Assembly: GCA_016748015.1 (NCBI GenBank)
Contig: JAAOMT010000436.1
Span: 1,548,847-1,612,846 of the forward strand
Length of the DNA stretch: 64,000 nucleotides
Direction of reading: 5' to 3'
From: Geosiphon pyriformis uo1
Lineage: Eukaryota > Fungi > Glomeromycota
Shown here in pieces: positions 39,276 to 52,595 of this stretch. Every line of letters starts with the position of its first letter. Within the stretch, counting starts at the first letter, position 1. The position numbers were made by a program, and so were the translations under genes. Under the pieces are notes generated by a model. That model saw only the letters and a program-made list of their open reading frames with translations, made no database searches and had not been told where the DNA came from.

Positions 39276-40349
39276 CAACTTTTTTAAATTATTAGCTTAA
39301 TTTCGAAGATAAATTTTTAAGAATGCAGAGTACTTCTATTAATTGATAAATAATCTTAATGCTTAAAATATAAATTTTTGAAGAATAAGTTTTCTTAATG
39401 ATAAAATGTTTTTATTTACAAGTGTAGATCCTCAACAGTAATCAAAAATTAATAGAAATTTTATTTTTGTTATGTGATCTGATAAAATATTTTTTTGGAA
39501 ATTTTTAAAAAATATGAATTTCTTTAGCTTTATTTCATATAATAATCAATACCAACAGATAATTTACTTTGCAGAATTAAATTAAATAAAGTTAAAACTT
39601 TTGTGCAGTTTTAATTTTGGTGAATTCTTAAAAGTTATTACTTTAAATTATTTATCTTTTTTGACTGTAAAAATAAATGCATTAGAGACAAAATCAAAAT
39701 TAACTTTGTCTTTGTTGATTTTATATAATTAAATAACTTGCTGGTTTATTTTTTTATTTTCAAGTATATTTACTATAATAACAAACCAAAAGATTAAAAT
39801 TTATTAATAAAAATTGATAACTGTAATCTTAAAACATCAATAGAAATTTTTTACTTATTCAATTTGCTTTTGTTGAATTCTTTTTGTTTGATTCTTATTG
39901 ATATATAATAACTGTTTTTTCTGCTATCTGTTAACTTGTTATTGCAACTTGTAATAATATTTTCCACTGTCATTGCTGTTTTCAATCTAAATGAAAACCG
40001 ATAAATTCATTTTTTGTAAGTTCAAAACACCTAAATAAATGATGCTGTGCAATTAGATAAAAAAAAGAATAGATAACACCTAAAAATATTAAATGGTAAA
40101 CAATCTCAATTTTTAAAACAAATTAAGGTTTGACCTGCAGACTCAAGGCCTTAGTTCTTTATTGTTTTAGCAGACATTTAATGGGAAAAAAATAACAGGT
40201 TTTTTGAGCAAAAGGAAAAAGTAATTGTGATATTACTTAGTATCTATGTGTGTATGAAAGCTAGATATTTACTCTTGATTTATTTTGGTGTCAGAGCTAG
40301 AGTGTGAGAAAATTGCTGAAATGGCGTGATTTTTTATGTAAATTATGTC

Positions 40350-40825
40350 ATTTTTCACACTTCCTGTTAAAAACAGTTAAGATAGAATGGTATAACTTAA
40401 GAAATTTTTAATCAGAAACTTAGCCTAAATTCAAAAAAATTGACACCTGAAAAGGAAAGCTGTTGTATAAACTGGGCTTTTTCCCGGAGAAGTAATCGAG
40501 ATTTATTCTTAAGATATTATAGTATTTTGGCGCCAAGCTAGAAGAGGAATAACTTAAAAGAGATATGGAAGAAAATGATTCAATCCTTCAAAGGCCACTC
40601 ATGACGATTCTGAAATATTATATGATATAATTAGCGCCTGGGGTTAATGACAGAAGAGTCTAATAAATTAGCTACAGCTTTTCAAAATCATGGTGAGAAT
40701 TGGGAAAAAAACAGCAACTCGGTAGCGAATAAAAATTTTTATATAAAATATGGGAATAATTGGGTAAAGAGAAATTGACAAAATGTTGTGAAAAGATGTG
40801 ATTAATAGAATACTTTTGAATAAAA
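40350..40825 (+). pseudogene. Myb copy I, collapsed by many short internal deletions
   Basis: Ordered pieces of all five repeats (CAGAAACTTAG..GACACCTGAA, GGGCTTTTTCCCGG, TTAGCGCCTGGG, CAAAATCATGGTGAGAATTGGGAA, TATGGGAATAATTGGGTAAAG) in about half the normal length. Confidence 0.8.
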
Positions 40826-41155
40826 TTTTTTACCGACAGACTAAAATGGCATTCTAAAGAAAATAATTTTTATTTGGGAATAATCTAACTAATCTACCAT
40901 AAATACCTATTTAAAGGAGACATAAGTTTCGGTTAAAATGATTATAAAATACAAACTTTTTTATGCGTGAACAAATAATTCTTAAAAATAAAAGACTAGA
41001 AAAATAATTAAGAAATACAAAAAGTTCAAATCTAAGGAAGAATAAATTAAATTCACAGATTATAAACCTCTTAAAAAGTAAGGTATCAAAAAATAGAAAG
41101 TTAAAGGCAAATCATATCAACCTAACTTCCCCCTCTCAATATTCTGTTATAAAAA

Positions 41156-42208
41156 TTATTCAACCCATTTTATCGATCGCACCTTTATGCAACATTGTTG
41201 TCGATTTCTTGTAATTACCATCTCTGAAACTTTCGCCCAATTTTTCCCATATTCTTTAAATGCTTTTATCAAACTTTTTATCTCTACTGAGTTCCATTAT
41301 AATAGGTTTGAACTTTTGGTGAGTGACGACAGTGGTGTTTTATCTGTTTTAAGGGTCTTCCTGGAATTAATAGCTTTATTTGTTCCCAATTCTCACCATG
41401 AGTTTGAAAGGCTTTAGCTAATTTAATAAATTCTTCCTCGGTCCATTGGCCCCTTTTGATCCAGGCGCTAAGTGTTCTTCATAGTGTCTGCGAATCACGC
41501 TAGACGATCTTTGAAGAATATGACTTATTTTTGCCCATTTTTTGCCATATCTCTGCACTAAACTTGAAAATTTTTCCTCTTCTTCCTTATCCCATAGGCC
41601 ACGTTTTGGGTACACGAGAACATGGTGATACCGCGTGCATAAATCTCCATTGCTTCTTCCAGGAAAAAGCCCGGTTAATACGATAGCTTTCCAATCAACC
41701 TTATTATTGATTAAATATCTTTTAGCAGCTAAGTATAACTCTTTGTCCTCTTCAGGTGTCCACTTATTAAGACTTAGGGTAAGTTTCTGCTTAATAATTT
41801 CTCCATTAGCTGTTAAGCTATACCATTTATCCTTTATAGCACGCGGTGTTCTTGATGGCAAGTATTTTTGTGAAATTAATCTCCATTGTAAACCATATTC
41901 TTGACGTGCCTCTAATAAAGTTTTAGTTTCTTCAAGGCTCCATTTTCGATTTTTGTAGCGTATAATTTTGGTATCCCTTGATATAGTGTTTTCTTTATTT
42001 TCCAGTATTTGCTTTATTGACGGTGAACTATTCCAGGGAATTGTCAGCTATCAGTTAAAATCAAATCAAACATTTCAAAATGGGTTAAGATTTTTCTCCT
42101 AAAACAGGGTTTTTAGGAATATTAGTGGCTTACATTTAATTTCCTCAAAGTTAACCATATGTAAATAGTGAAACATGTTATATTTTTAGTTTGTGTTTTT
42201 AACGACAT
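41156..42208 (-). pseudogene. Myb copy G, full length but frameshifted
   Basis: ATG at 42208; 1-nt deletion after APG (~41460); 10-nt deletion before repeat 5 (~41298); ancestral stop at 41156-41158. Confidence 0.85.
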
Positions 42209-42942
42209 GATTATCATCAGGAAGTAAGAAAAATTTGTTTCCAATCTCTATTTTATGTTCGCAGCGATACGGGCCGATCTTGCTTAATCAATCATATGAA
42301 ATGATATTATAAAATTCCTTTATTCATTGGGAGTTCATCTCAAAAGTTAAACTATTTTCTTTAGATGATATTGGCATTTTATTATTATTAAAGACTTGAC
42401 CAATTTAAAATCACTAAAAATTAATATCAAGATTTTAAAATTATTTCATTTAGATTTTTTTATACTTCAAAACCATTCAAAATATTATTTTATTATTTTT
42501 TAATAAAAAAAGTTTTATAATATTAATATTTTTGAAACATTAAAACCACATTGCTCAAACAGGTTAATGTTTTATTTTCAATTTGTTTTGTCATGATTTA
42601 TAATTAGAAGAATTATGAAATGTTTAAATTATTTATAGTTGGTGAAATAAAAAAAATAAAAGTTGAAATAACTAAATAACTTTTTTAAGCATATATTGGA
42701 TTTATCTTTTCCTAAATAAAATTATTTGTCGGTTAAAATTTTGTTCGTTAAATTAAATATCCTCTAATATATCTCAATTTAGCAAAATATACTCCGAAAA
42801 TATTTTTTAAATTCCGAATGTAATAGTAGTTATTATGATCAGTGGGCATTCTAAACAGCAAAAATGATCTCCCTTATTATCACACATAATAAATAGAGAT
42901 CAGAAAAAAAATTTCTTACTTTCTCACGTTGATCATAAAATT

Positions 42943-43828
42943 ATGCTAAAATCGCAAACTAAAAATACAATATCTTTCACTTTGTACATATGGTCAACTT
43001 TACGGAGATTAAAAGTAGGTAGGCCCACACAAATCCCATAAAAATAGTGTAGAAGAAAAATTTAGATCCCCTAATTTATTTTACTATCAGCTAGCAATTC
43101 CCTCGAGCAGCCCATCGTCAATGAATCGAATCCTAGGAAATCATAAAAGTGCTATATCAAGTGATAAAAAAATTTCTTACCAGGAACATTTTCGAAAATG
43201 GAGCCTTGAAGAAACTAAAACTTTATTAGAGGCACGTCAAGAATATGGTTCACAATGGAAATTAATTTCACAAAAATACTTGCCATCAAGATCACCAGGT
43301 GCTATAAAGGATAAATGGTATCGCTTAACAGCTAATGGAGAAATTATTAAGCAGAAACTTACCCTAAGTCTTAATAAGTGGACACCTGAAGAGGACAAAG
43401 AGTTATACTTAACTTCTAAAAGATATTTAATCAATAATAAGGTTGATTGGAAAGCTATCGTATTAACCGGGCTTTTTCCTGGAAGAAGCAATGGAGATTT
43501 ATGCGCGCGGTATCACCATGTTCTCGTGTACCCAAAACCAGGCCCATGGACCACGCAAGAAGAGGAAAAACTTAAAAGCTTGGTGCAAAGATATGGAAGA
43601 AAATGGGCGGAAATAAGTCATATACTTCAAAGATCGTCTAAGGTGATTCGCAGACACTATGAAGAACACTTAGCGCCTGGGATCAAAAGGGGCCAATGGA
43701 CCGAGGAAGAATTTATTAAATTAGCTAAAGCCTTTCAAACTCATGGTGAGAATTGGGAACAAATAAAGCTATTAATTCCAGAAAGACCCTTAAAACAGAT
43801 AAAACACCACTGTCGTCACTCACGATAA
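42943..43828 (+). CDS. Myb copy H, four-repeat form (exons 42943-43014 and 43091-43828; ~269 aa), possibly a pseudogene
   Basis: Intact leader and intron; stop directly after repeat 4 (HHCRHSR*); broken repeat-5 remnant follows to ~43885. Confidence 0.7.
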
Positions 43829-46234
43829 GTTCAAACCTATTATAATGGAACTCAGTAGAGATAAAAAGTTTAATTCAAGTATTGAAAGAATTATTTCCGT
43901 TTTGAACTATGCTCTCTATAAGGCTTTAATTTTTTGAAGAATCGATATTCTATAATATTAGTGCAGGAAAATTCATTATCAATTGATATAGCATTGTTAT
44001 TATTTGCGAATATTCAATTAATTGATGATGGGAAGTACCCATTGAAAGTAAATATTATTGAAAATATTTAAACGACTACAAGTCAAGAGTTTTATTCTAA
44101 ATGTATAAATAAAAATGTATAATTTTGTTTACTTTGCTGAAAAAAGTGAAACATGATTTAATCCAAAATATAAGGTTATTTCAAAATTATAAGATCTTTA
44201 AATTATTACCACATAATTTAAAAATAAAGGAAAATATTTTGAGTATCAATTTCTTTTCATATTTTTATGAATTATAAAGTATTAAAAATAATTTTTTGAA
44301 AATCACCATTATTTTTCTTGGACTTAATTAATTAATAAATGAAATTCATTTTTTGAAAATCACGATTAGATTAAATTTTTGGTTAAAAGCTTAAAAATTG
44401 ATCTTTACACACTAACAAAATTTTATAAAGGCAAAAAACTTATGCTCTGAGAATTTCGCAATAAATATTAACTTGAATACAACTTAAACTATAGTCCTTT
44501 TTTTAAAAGCTGATTTATCAAACGCTATAGATTTTATTTACATTTGACATAATGTTTGAAACTTATTTTTAATCGCTCTCACGAGAAATTTAGCTTTAAG
44601 AAAAACATATGGGTAGGAAAACAAATATTTACTGTGTCTTAATCAAATTTCAACCCTTTTTGAATCCTAGAGAATTATAAAAGTGATAGTTGAACAAATC
44701 GATATCTTAATAAATTTCAATATCTGCGAAAAATGTTTTTGTCTAAATTATCAGGAGATTGAAAATAATATGTTGAAAGCGCTAGATATTATAATAAAAA
44801 TGTAGGCCTTATTTTATAAATTTGTATCCATCAATAAATTTTTTGCAAATACAAACACAAGTAAATTAAACATATCGAGAAGAAATAAAATTTTGAATCT
44901 TGTTTCTTATATTATTAGCTTTTTACTTTTGTCTTTTAGAGAAACTTAAAAGTTCGATAGGCTTTAAAGAAACTTTAACATTTAAAATTTCTCAAAAACA
45001 AAAAGTAAATTATAATTTCATAACCTCGACGGCTTGGGAGAATTCACTGGAAGTTTCTTCACATATCATTAAATTTTTAATCATTTAGTTATTATATTAA
45101 ATACAAATTTATGTATAATAATTTTTTAAGTTTAAAACCACACATAACAAAAAATTTGAAACGTCAATTCATCAGAAAATTATGCTTAAATGACTATTTA
45201 TTGAAAAAAAAATTTAATTAATTACACAAAATGTAAATTAACAATTAATAATTTATAAATTTGCAAGAATAATTTACTTTTAATATAATATTAAAGTTTT
45301 CGGGGGGGGGGGGGTTTTTTTTAATTTTTATTAATTAATTTTTTTATTATATATGTAATTTTATATATATTAAGATATTTTTAAAAATATCATAAATGCA
45401 AGTTTTTTTTAATTAAAAAAATATTAATCAAATATAATAACATTATAAAAAATTAAATTAAATTTGTTTATTGTATAAAAAAAATTTTGAATTGAATAAA
45501 ACAATAAAATATAAAAATATTGTATATAAAAATACACAATTTTATTTTATTTTTATATACAAGTAGAAATTTAAAATTTTTTTATTTTTTTAATAAATTA
45601 AATTGAAAATTCTATTTATTTTTCAGAAAAAACTTTTGAATAAATGATGTTATTATTAAATAATAAAATTTTTTGATTGAAAATAAATCATATTAATAAT
45701 ATATTTACATTTTTAATGATTAGAATCTATTTATAATTTTTAAACTTTTTTAAATGTGAAAATAATAATATTTAATTAAAACTTTTACACATTAAATGAT
45801 TGAATGAGAAACATAATCTTACTGGCTATGAAAATAAATTTACTTTTTAATATAGAAATAATCTAATAGAATGGATTGACCATAAGAACCCTATATTTGA
45901 AATTTTAATAGGTTACATTCTTACAATATATATATATATAATTTAAGTTTCCTCAAGATCTACCAATTATGAAATAAATTTCATTTTCAAAAATAGAAAG
46001 TTTATTATTTGCTAAATATATTAAGAGAATATTATATCATCCGTTACTCAATAAAAAGGGAAGTTACAACTTTTGAATTATATTAGTAACGATATATGTT
46101 ATTCTTCTAAATTTATTACGTTGAATTTTAATTTTACCTAAATGACTGATAGTATATTTTTTTCTAAAAAATACCATAAAAATTTTCAATTCAAATAATT
46201 GCAAACTTTTGAACATCAAAAGAAATCAAACTTT

Positions 46235-48391
46235 TCAAGGAATATTGAGCCGTATCGTCGGGTTGCAATTATTCATTTCAACACCAAAAATGGCGGAAAG
46301 ATGATCATCGCTTTGCCCCAATCCCCAGAAGCTTCGTTGGCTCCCTTGGTTACAAGCCTTTGATAATATTCAGTTCAAATTATTAATTAAAAACAAAATG
46401 CTCATAATTTGTTGTTCAAAAACCATATCAAAAATAAAGATTTCCAAAATAACTAACCGGATTTTCACGATAATCTCCTTCATCATTTTGTATCCCATTA
46501 CAAACAAAAACGCCCGTACCACTTAAAAAGATTTCTGGTAGAATTCCGATATATCCTTCTTTTAACGGCGGATATTGTGGCATCCAATCATTCCCATTTG
46601 TAAATCTTGCCACACGACCCGGTAGTAACTCGGCTACCAGGTTACCAAAACCTCGGTCACCCATACGAGGAGAACCATATTGCAGAACCAGAGGGTTAAG
46701 GCCGGGATTTTTGAATTTCACCTCAAGGGCTGCGAAGAGTGCATAGACTGTTCCATAAAAATTGTTATAGGATTCAATGAAATAGGATGGAAAGAAGTCA
46801 GACAAAAATTAAAATTAGAGATTTTTTCATTATATGATCCTGATAGTAAGTTATTTAAATTTCTTCAGGAAATTTCATTCAAATTCCTTTGTTTTAAAAA
46901 AACTCAATTGTAATTCCAATTTATCACCTACCACCAGCAACCCCAGCTCCGATAAACCTCAAATTGAATTTAGACCCCTTGAACCCATTGACTTGATTTA
47001 AAGAACACAGAATATTTTCAATCAATCCTTCCTTATTCCTTTCCCAATCTGATAAAAATTCTCCATCTACATGTGCGTTATATTTATTACTTTCTCTTTG
47101 TGTGACAAGCTCAATTGACGGATAGTGAACTAGAAAATTTTGACGTTTTTGCCAGTCTTGTTCGGTTTTGTGATCGGAAGCACCAAATATCACGAGAATT
47201 TCACGAATGGATGAGGTAGATAGTTGGGCATTAGGTGAGTCAGAGTTACGGGAATTAACGTTTTGAATATAGAAGTTTACTTTGGCTGAGATTTAAAATT
47301 TTGCAAGTGCAAGAGTGATTCATGTTAATGAAACTCTTCAATTCTGAAATTATTTCTTCAAACTCACCTTTAAACTTTTTACGATCATTGCAATCACCCT
47401 CCGGTAAACAAAAACCTGCTTTAGCAAATGGTCCTAACCTCGTAGATATCTGGATCAATTGATTATTAACGTTTAACTTTGTTTTTCCTAAACTTTCATC
47501 ACGGGCCAATTCCAGAAAAGTATCTGGCCCGCTGGGTACTGGAAATTTAGTTCCTGGCTTCGAGTTGGTGTTTGATTGAGACGAAGATAAAAGGGGAATA
47601 TTGATTTCTTCTGAAGTTGAATTTGAAATGTCGGGAAAATTTGTGTCCTTGAAATCAATATTTTCTGAATTATCAAGGGTCAAATCAGTTAAAAAACTAT
47701 TGTCTTGATCTTTATTTAATTGTAATGATGGTTCAGTATCGAATGTAAAATTTTTATTCTCAAAAGAGATTGAATCTAAAGCTTGTTCTGATGAGTCAAA
47801 TCCTTTATTCTCAAAAGAATTGGAAAGTTCCGGAATAGCAAAAAATTCATTCTCAAAAGAATTGGAAAGTTTCGGAATAGCAACAGATTGATCCTCAAAA
47901 GAATTGGAAAGTTTCGGAAGAGCAACAAATTGATCATCATCATCATCATCATCATCAATACTAAAACTTCCTTTGAGTGGGATATTTTGATTTTCATTGC
48001 TAAAAGTCGTTTGCGTTTCGATCGAAGGTAGTGCTGATTCAATCTCTTCCGGTTCAACTAATATTTTATCCCAAAAAATTTTTCGAACACGATTAGAATC
48101 AAAATCTGGTAACGAATTTTCTTGCAATTCAAATTGTTGTATTATTTTTTCACTTTTTTGTTCCATCAACGGCTGTGAGCTGATTTTTACTGGTAGTCCA
48201 TTTACTACTCCTCCCTCATTGATAAAACTTTCAAAGATTTGTAAAAATACAATGCTAAAAATCAACAATAATATATGATATTGATAAAAGGGAAAAGAAG
48301 AAATTATTCTTCTATTCAATGGTGAAACGGAATGATAATTAGGTTGTAATCTTTTTCTGGCTAATGAGTTTTGACGATGTTTTATCAGCAT
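46235..48391 (-). CDS. Class-3 lipase-like protein L1, nucleophile Ser absent (GAGVAG)
   Basis: Multi-exon. N-terminal hydrophobic segment, long acidic linker, FAKAGFC, YGSPRMGD, NGNDWMP, terminal exon DHLSAIFGVEMNNC..P*. Confidence 0.8.
47807..47932 (-). repeat. 42-bp (14-aa) coding tandem repeat x3 in the L1 linker
   Basis: QFVALPKLSNSFED / QSVAIPKLSNSFEN / EFFAIPELSNSFEN, next to a (GAT)n poly-Asp run. Confidence 0.9.
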
Positions 48392-50175
48392 ATTTAGGTG
48401 TATTTGATCAAATATTCACAAAGAATAATATCAAGGATTTCAAAGATCTAAGATAAATGACGCAAAAATGCTTTCAAGTTTGATAGATTGAAACTTAAAA
48501 AAAAAAAATGGCTTATTAATACTATCGTTATAAATATATTTAAACAATTTTTTTTTTCTCCTGTTACATGTATTTTTTATTAGTTTTTTTTTTTTAAATT
48601 TTGATCAACAGGATATTCAATATCTTTAATTATTTTGAAAATCACAATGATTTGGTCGATTTTGCCATGATTTTTAAAATATTCGAAAGAAGACACCCTT
48701 TGTTTCAAATAAAATATAATTCTACAATCTAAAAATGAATAAAGATATATATGTAAAAGAAGAATTTTTGTCACTTTGTAACAGAAAAAATAGTTTTTAC
48801 AAGGAAAGGAGTCATCAAATAAAAAAGGTTTAATTTTATAATTTTTCATTGATTACAAGCAAGCAAATTTTAATATGTTTTAAATATCCAATTATAAACA
48901 TAATTCTTTTTCTAATTGATTTATGTATTATGTTAATGTATTATCTACCATTTACTGTAATAAATTTTTGTAATGACAACAAATATTTGGAGATTTAAAC
49001 TTATCTACATAATTCATTATGAATTTTTTTTCAATTCTTTGTTGTTAAACTAGTGAAATCAACCTTGATAAAATTATATTCAAAGAGAAAAAGATTTGGT
49101 AAATCATAATATTGTATTGTAAATATTTGAGCTTTGAAAAAAAATTATCTTCTAAAATATATCATCAACCTTAAAATTAGAATATTATATTATATGTTAA
49201 AATGCAAAGTAGTAAAAAAAATATAATTCTCAAAAAAAAATTTATCTTAATTTTTGAAGGAAAAAAAATTTTTAGTTGTGTTAAAAATTTTTCCTTTCTG
49301 TTTTGATAAGACCTTTTAAGATCATTTCGAAAATTATATTAAATATTTATTTGAAAAAAGAAAAAGTTTCTATATAAAATTTAAACTCTTTTTGTTGCTA
49401 AATTTAGGTTCAAATATTTGTTAAAGAAATATATATTGTAAAAATTCATTTTTTCACTTTTTCTCTTCATAGATTTTACTCAAAGTTTATGATAATAATT
49501 TACAAAAATTATTTTTTACTAAAAAAAAAAATTGAAAATAAAAGTGCTGTTTTTTTGAATTATGAAAAGTTTTTGTTGATTTTATATTTTGATTAAGATT
49601 TAAATAAAAGATATAATTTGGTTTAAAAAAAAATTATTAAAAATGCAACTTTTTAAAAATATTTTAATTATTTATTGAATAGTAGTAATAGCTCAATTGA
49701 ATAATGAAAAATTTATCAAACCATCTAGTTACAAAATTGGTTTGGAATTTATCATATAATAAATTTTTGCAAAGTTTTGTTTCTTATCTTATTTTTTTAA
49801 AAGTCCAATTTTGGATTGTTAAAAGACCGATAACTAAACTTTCAAACGCAGAATTTTATTAATTGATTATTATTTGATTATACATTTATTAATTGACACT
49901 GATTCAAACCCTAGATGCTCTCCCCCCCTCCCCGTGATATTAGATCGGTTATTTGTATTATATTTCTGAGGATCTATTTAACCATTCTAAGATTCGATCA
50001 AAGTTTTTCCAATAAAAGATTCACGTATATACAATATGAAACTATTTTGAAAATAAGCCATTAATAAACAATTAATAAAAGATTTTCAAGATTCCACGAA
50101 CTCAGTAAGGTCATAGTGTAAGTTTAAACAATTTAAGTCCTTTGACCAAAACAAAGATTTCTTTTTCTTTTTAAT

Positions 50176-51753
50176 ATGAGTTCAATAGATCATAAAAACC
50201 AAAGTAAATTTCCATTAAAATTTGAAAACAAAAAAAAGATTAAAATATCACAAAATTATCAATCATTTCGACGGCGAAAATGCTCACTTTTTCTGATTTT
50301 AATATTTCCGATTGTAATATATTTGTCATTCTCACGACAAAATTTGTTCATTGCACGAGCTAATCCAACATTCCCATATCTTAAAAGCAGAGATATTAAC
50401 TTTCCATCAGTTGATAGTTATAACTTCGAAACTGATCCTTTAGAAGATTCAAATGTAATCGAAGAACCAAATTTATCATTATTTTCTGATAAAATGGATG
50501 CTAATGTATATTTTGAAGACTTACCATTTCAATTAGATGAAATACTATCTCATGAGCCTGATGCCATAATTAATCATACAATCTTTAATGAACCAAATTT
50601 AATGAGTTCAATTCCTTTTCCTGATTTGGCTTCACACAAAACTCCTTTGGCTACCACAGAGATTAATCGGATAGATGAGATGCCTAATTTAAGATCTTAT
50701 GCAGCGTTGGCAAATATAGCTTATTGCAGTAAAAAGCGAATTCAACTTTCACCTAACGTTTATGGTAAGCAAGAAATATTTGTATATAATCGATAAAGAT
50801 GAAGCTAAAATTTAGACCTATTTATTAATTTTTCTTTTGGTAAATAGTACGAATTCAAGGGAATGGAAACGCAATATATTTGTTATTCAGTGGAAGTGAG
50901 ACAAACTTGGAAAAGTATATTTATGAACAGAAAACTTTGACGGATTATGAAAATATTCCTGGGGCACAAGTACATTTGGAATTTTATCGAGAGTTTATAG
51001 AAGCCAAGCCAGCATTACTCAGCAAAATAAAACCTAATATCAAGGCTCAAACGAAAACTTTTTTAATTGGACATGGTCTAGGTGGTGGTAAGTTAGTCAA
51101 ACAAAACTTTTACTTTATTCAAGAATATATATATATATATATTACTAGATCGAAAGAAATAACATTTTTTTTAATTTTTAAACTTTTTCTTTTATAAATG
51201 TATCAAAGTATTTGCCGTTCTAGCAGCTTTAGCGATCAATGAACAGCCACCAAAAGTATCGAAACCAGATGTTTATACATTTGGATCACCTAGAATTGGA
51301 AATCGAATTTTTGCTGATTATTCCAAAGAAAGACTTCGATTAATTCGTACTACACTGAGAAATGATGATGTACCACGACAACCTGTAATTCATAATTATT
51401 TCATTTTTTTCGGAAATAAGTATACACATTTTGGAGCAGAATATTGGATAAAAAATACTAGCCTAGTCTTTTATTGTACTCCAACAACTGGTCAATACGA
51501 GAGCAAGGTATTTGACATTATTTTAAATTTTTAATTTGTCTATAATTCGGGTATTGAGACGCAGAATTTGATGTTATTTGTAATCTATTTTTTTCAGAAA
51601 TGCCTTAACAAAGAACCAGTGACTTCGTTAGCTTATCATGATGGACCTTATTTCAGGGTACTAATGAAGAACTGTACAGGGATAAGCAGCCTAAAGAAAC
51701 CAACTAATCCAATTAAAGCTGAAAATGCAAGATTTGATAGAATTTCTCCATAA
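50176..51753 (+). CDS. Class-3 lipase-like protein L2, nucleophile Ser absent (GHGLGG)
   Basis: Four exons: YAALANIAYC, FLIGHGLGG, YTFGSPRIGN, NDDVP, YHDGPYF; N-terminal hydrophobic segment. Confidence 0.85.
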
Positions 51754-52595
51754 AGTTGAATTTTTTGGTTTAATCTTAATTAAAAAAAATTTTGAAATTC
51801 TTCATTAAATAAAATAATTTTAATTTTAATTTGAAAAAATCAATACAAATAATTTCGAGAGGTCAGGAAATTTTTTTTTTTATGTAAAATATAATAGAGT
51901 ATATAAATTTAATAAAGTTCACACGGTTTTTTGGTTTAAAAATTTTTTCATATTTTTTACTCAAAAAAAAAAAGAAAAAGGTTACAAACTATTTTATTGA
52001 ATATATAGATGTTAAGAATATTTTATAAAATGTACTCAATGAAACTAGATTTTAATCCAATTTCTTTTCTAAATATTTGAATCTTTTCAAAGCTAAAAAA
52101 TTTCATGGGGTGAAAAACTTAAATTTTAGACAAAAAATTTCAAAAAAGACCGAGAAGTTTTATGTGCAAGAAGATTCAGGAGTATTAAAATTTCATGGCT
52201 TTTTTTAAAAATTTTCAATTTTCTTATCTAGATTTCCCCATCTTTTTATATTTTTACATGCAACTAAATCGAAATATATAGCAAATGAAAGAAAATTACA
52301 TTTTTTCGTGAATAGAGCCATAAAAAAAAATTTATTTTTCCTAGTTAAAATTATATGGTTCCTAATTGTAAATTAAAAATAACTGCTCTTTTTTCGAAGA
52401 AATAATTAGCAAAATTCAAGAATAAATATTACTATTAGATTTAAAAATTATTTATTCGAATATTCGTCACTTTATTATTATTGAGCGAAAAAAGAAAAAA
52501 TTAATGATAAAGGTGGGCTCTTTGAAATATATTCTTGTTAATATCGGATATAAGTATTTACCAAAATATCGTACATCTCGAGATTTAGTTTATTG

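Noticed and set aside
12350-43885. Myb diversification by a DGR-like RT mechanism using the pseudogenes as templates
   Set aside because: No intact RT nearby, no adenine-specific TR/VR pattern is evident, and copies retain introns; duplication plus conversion explains the data.
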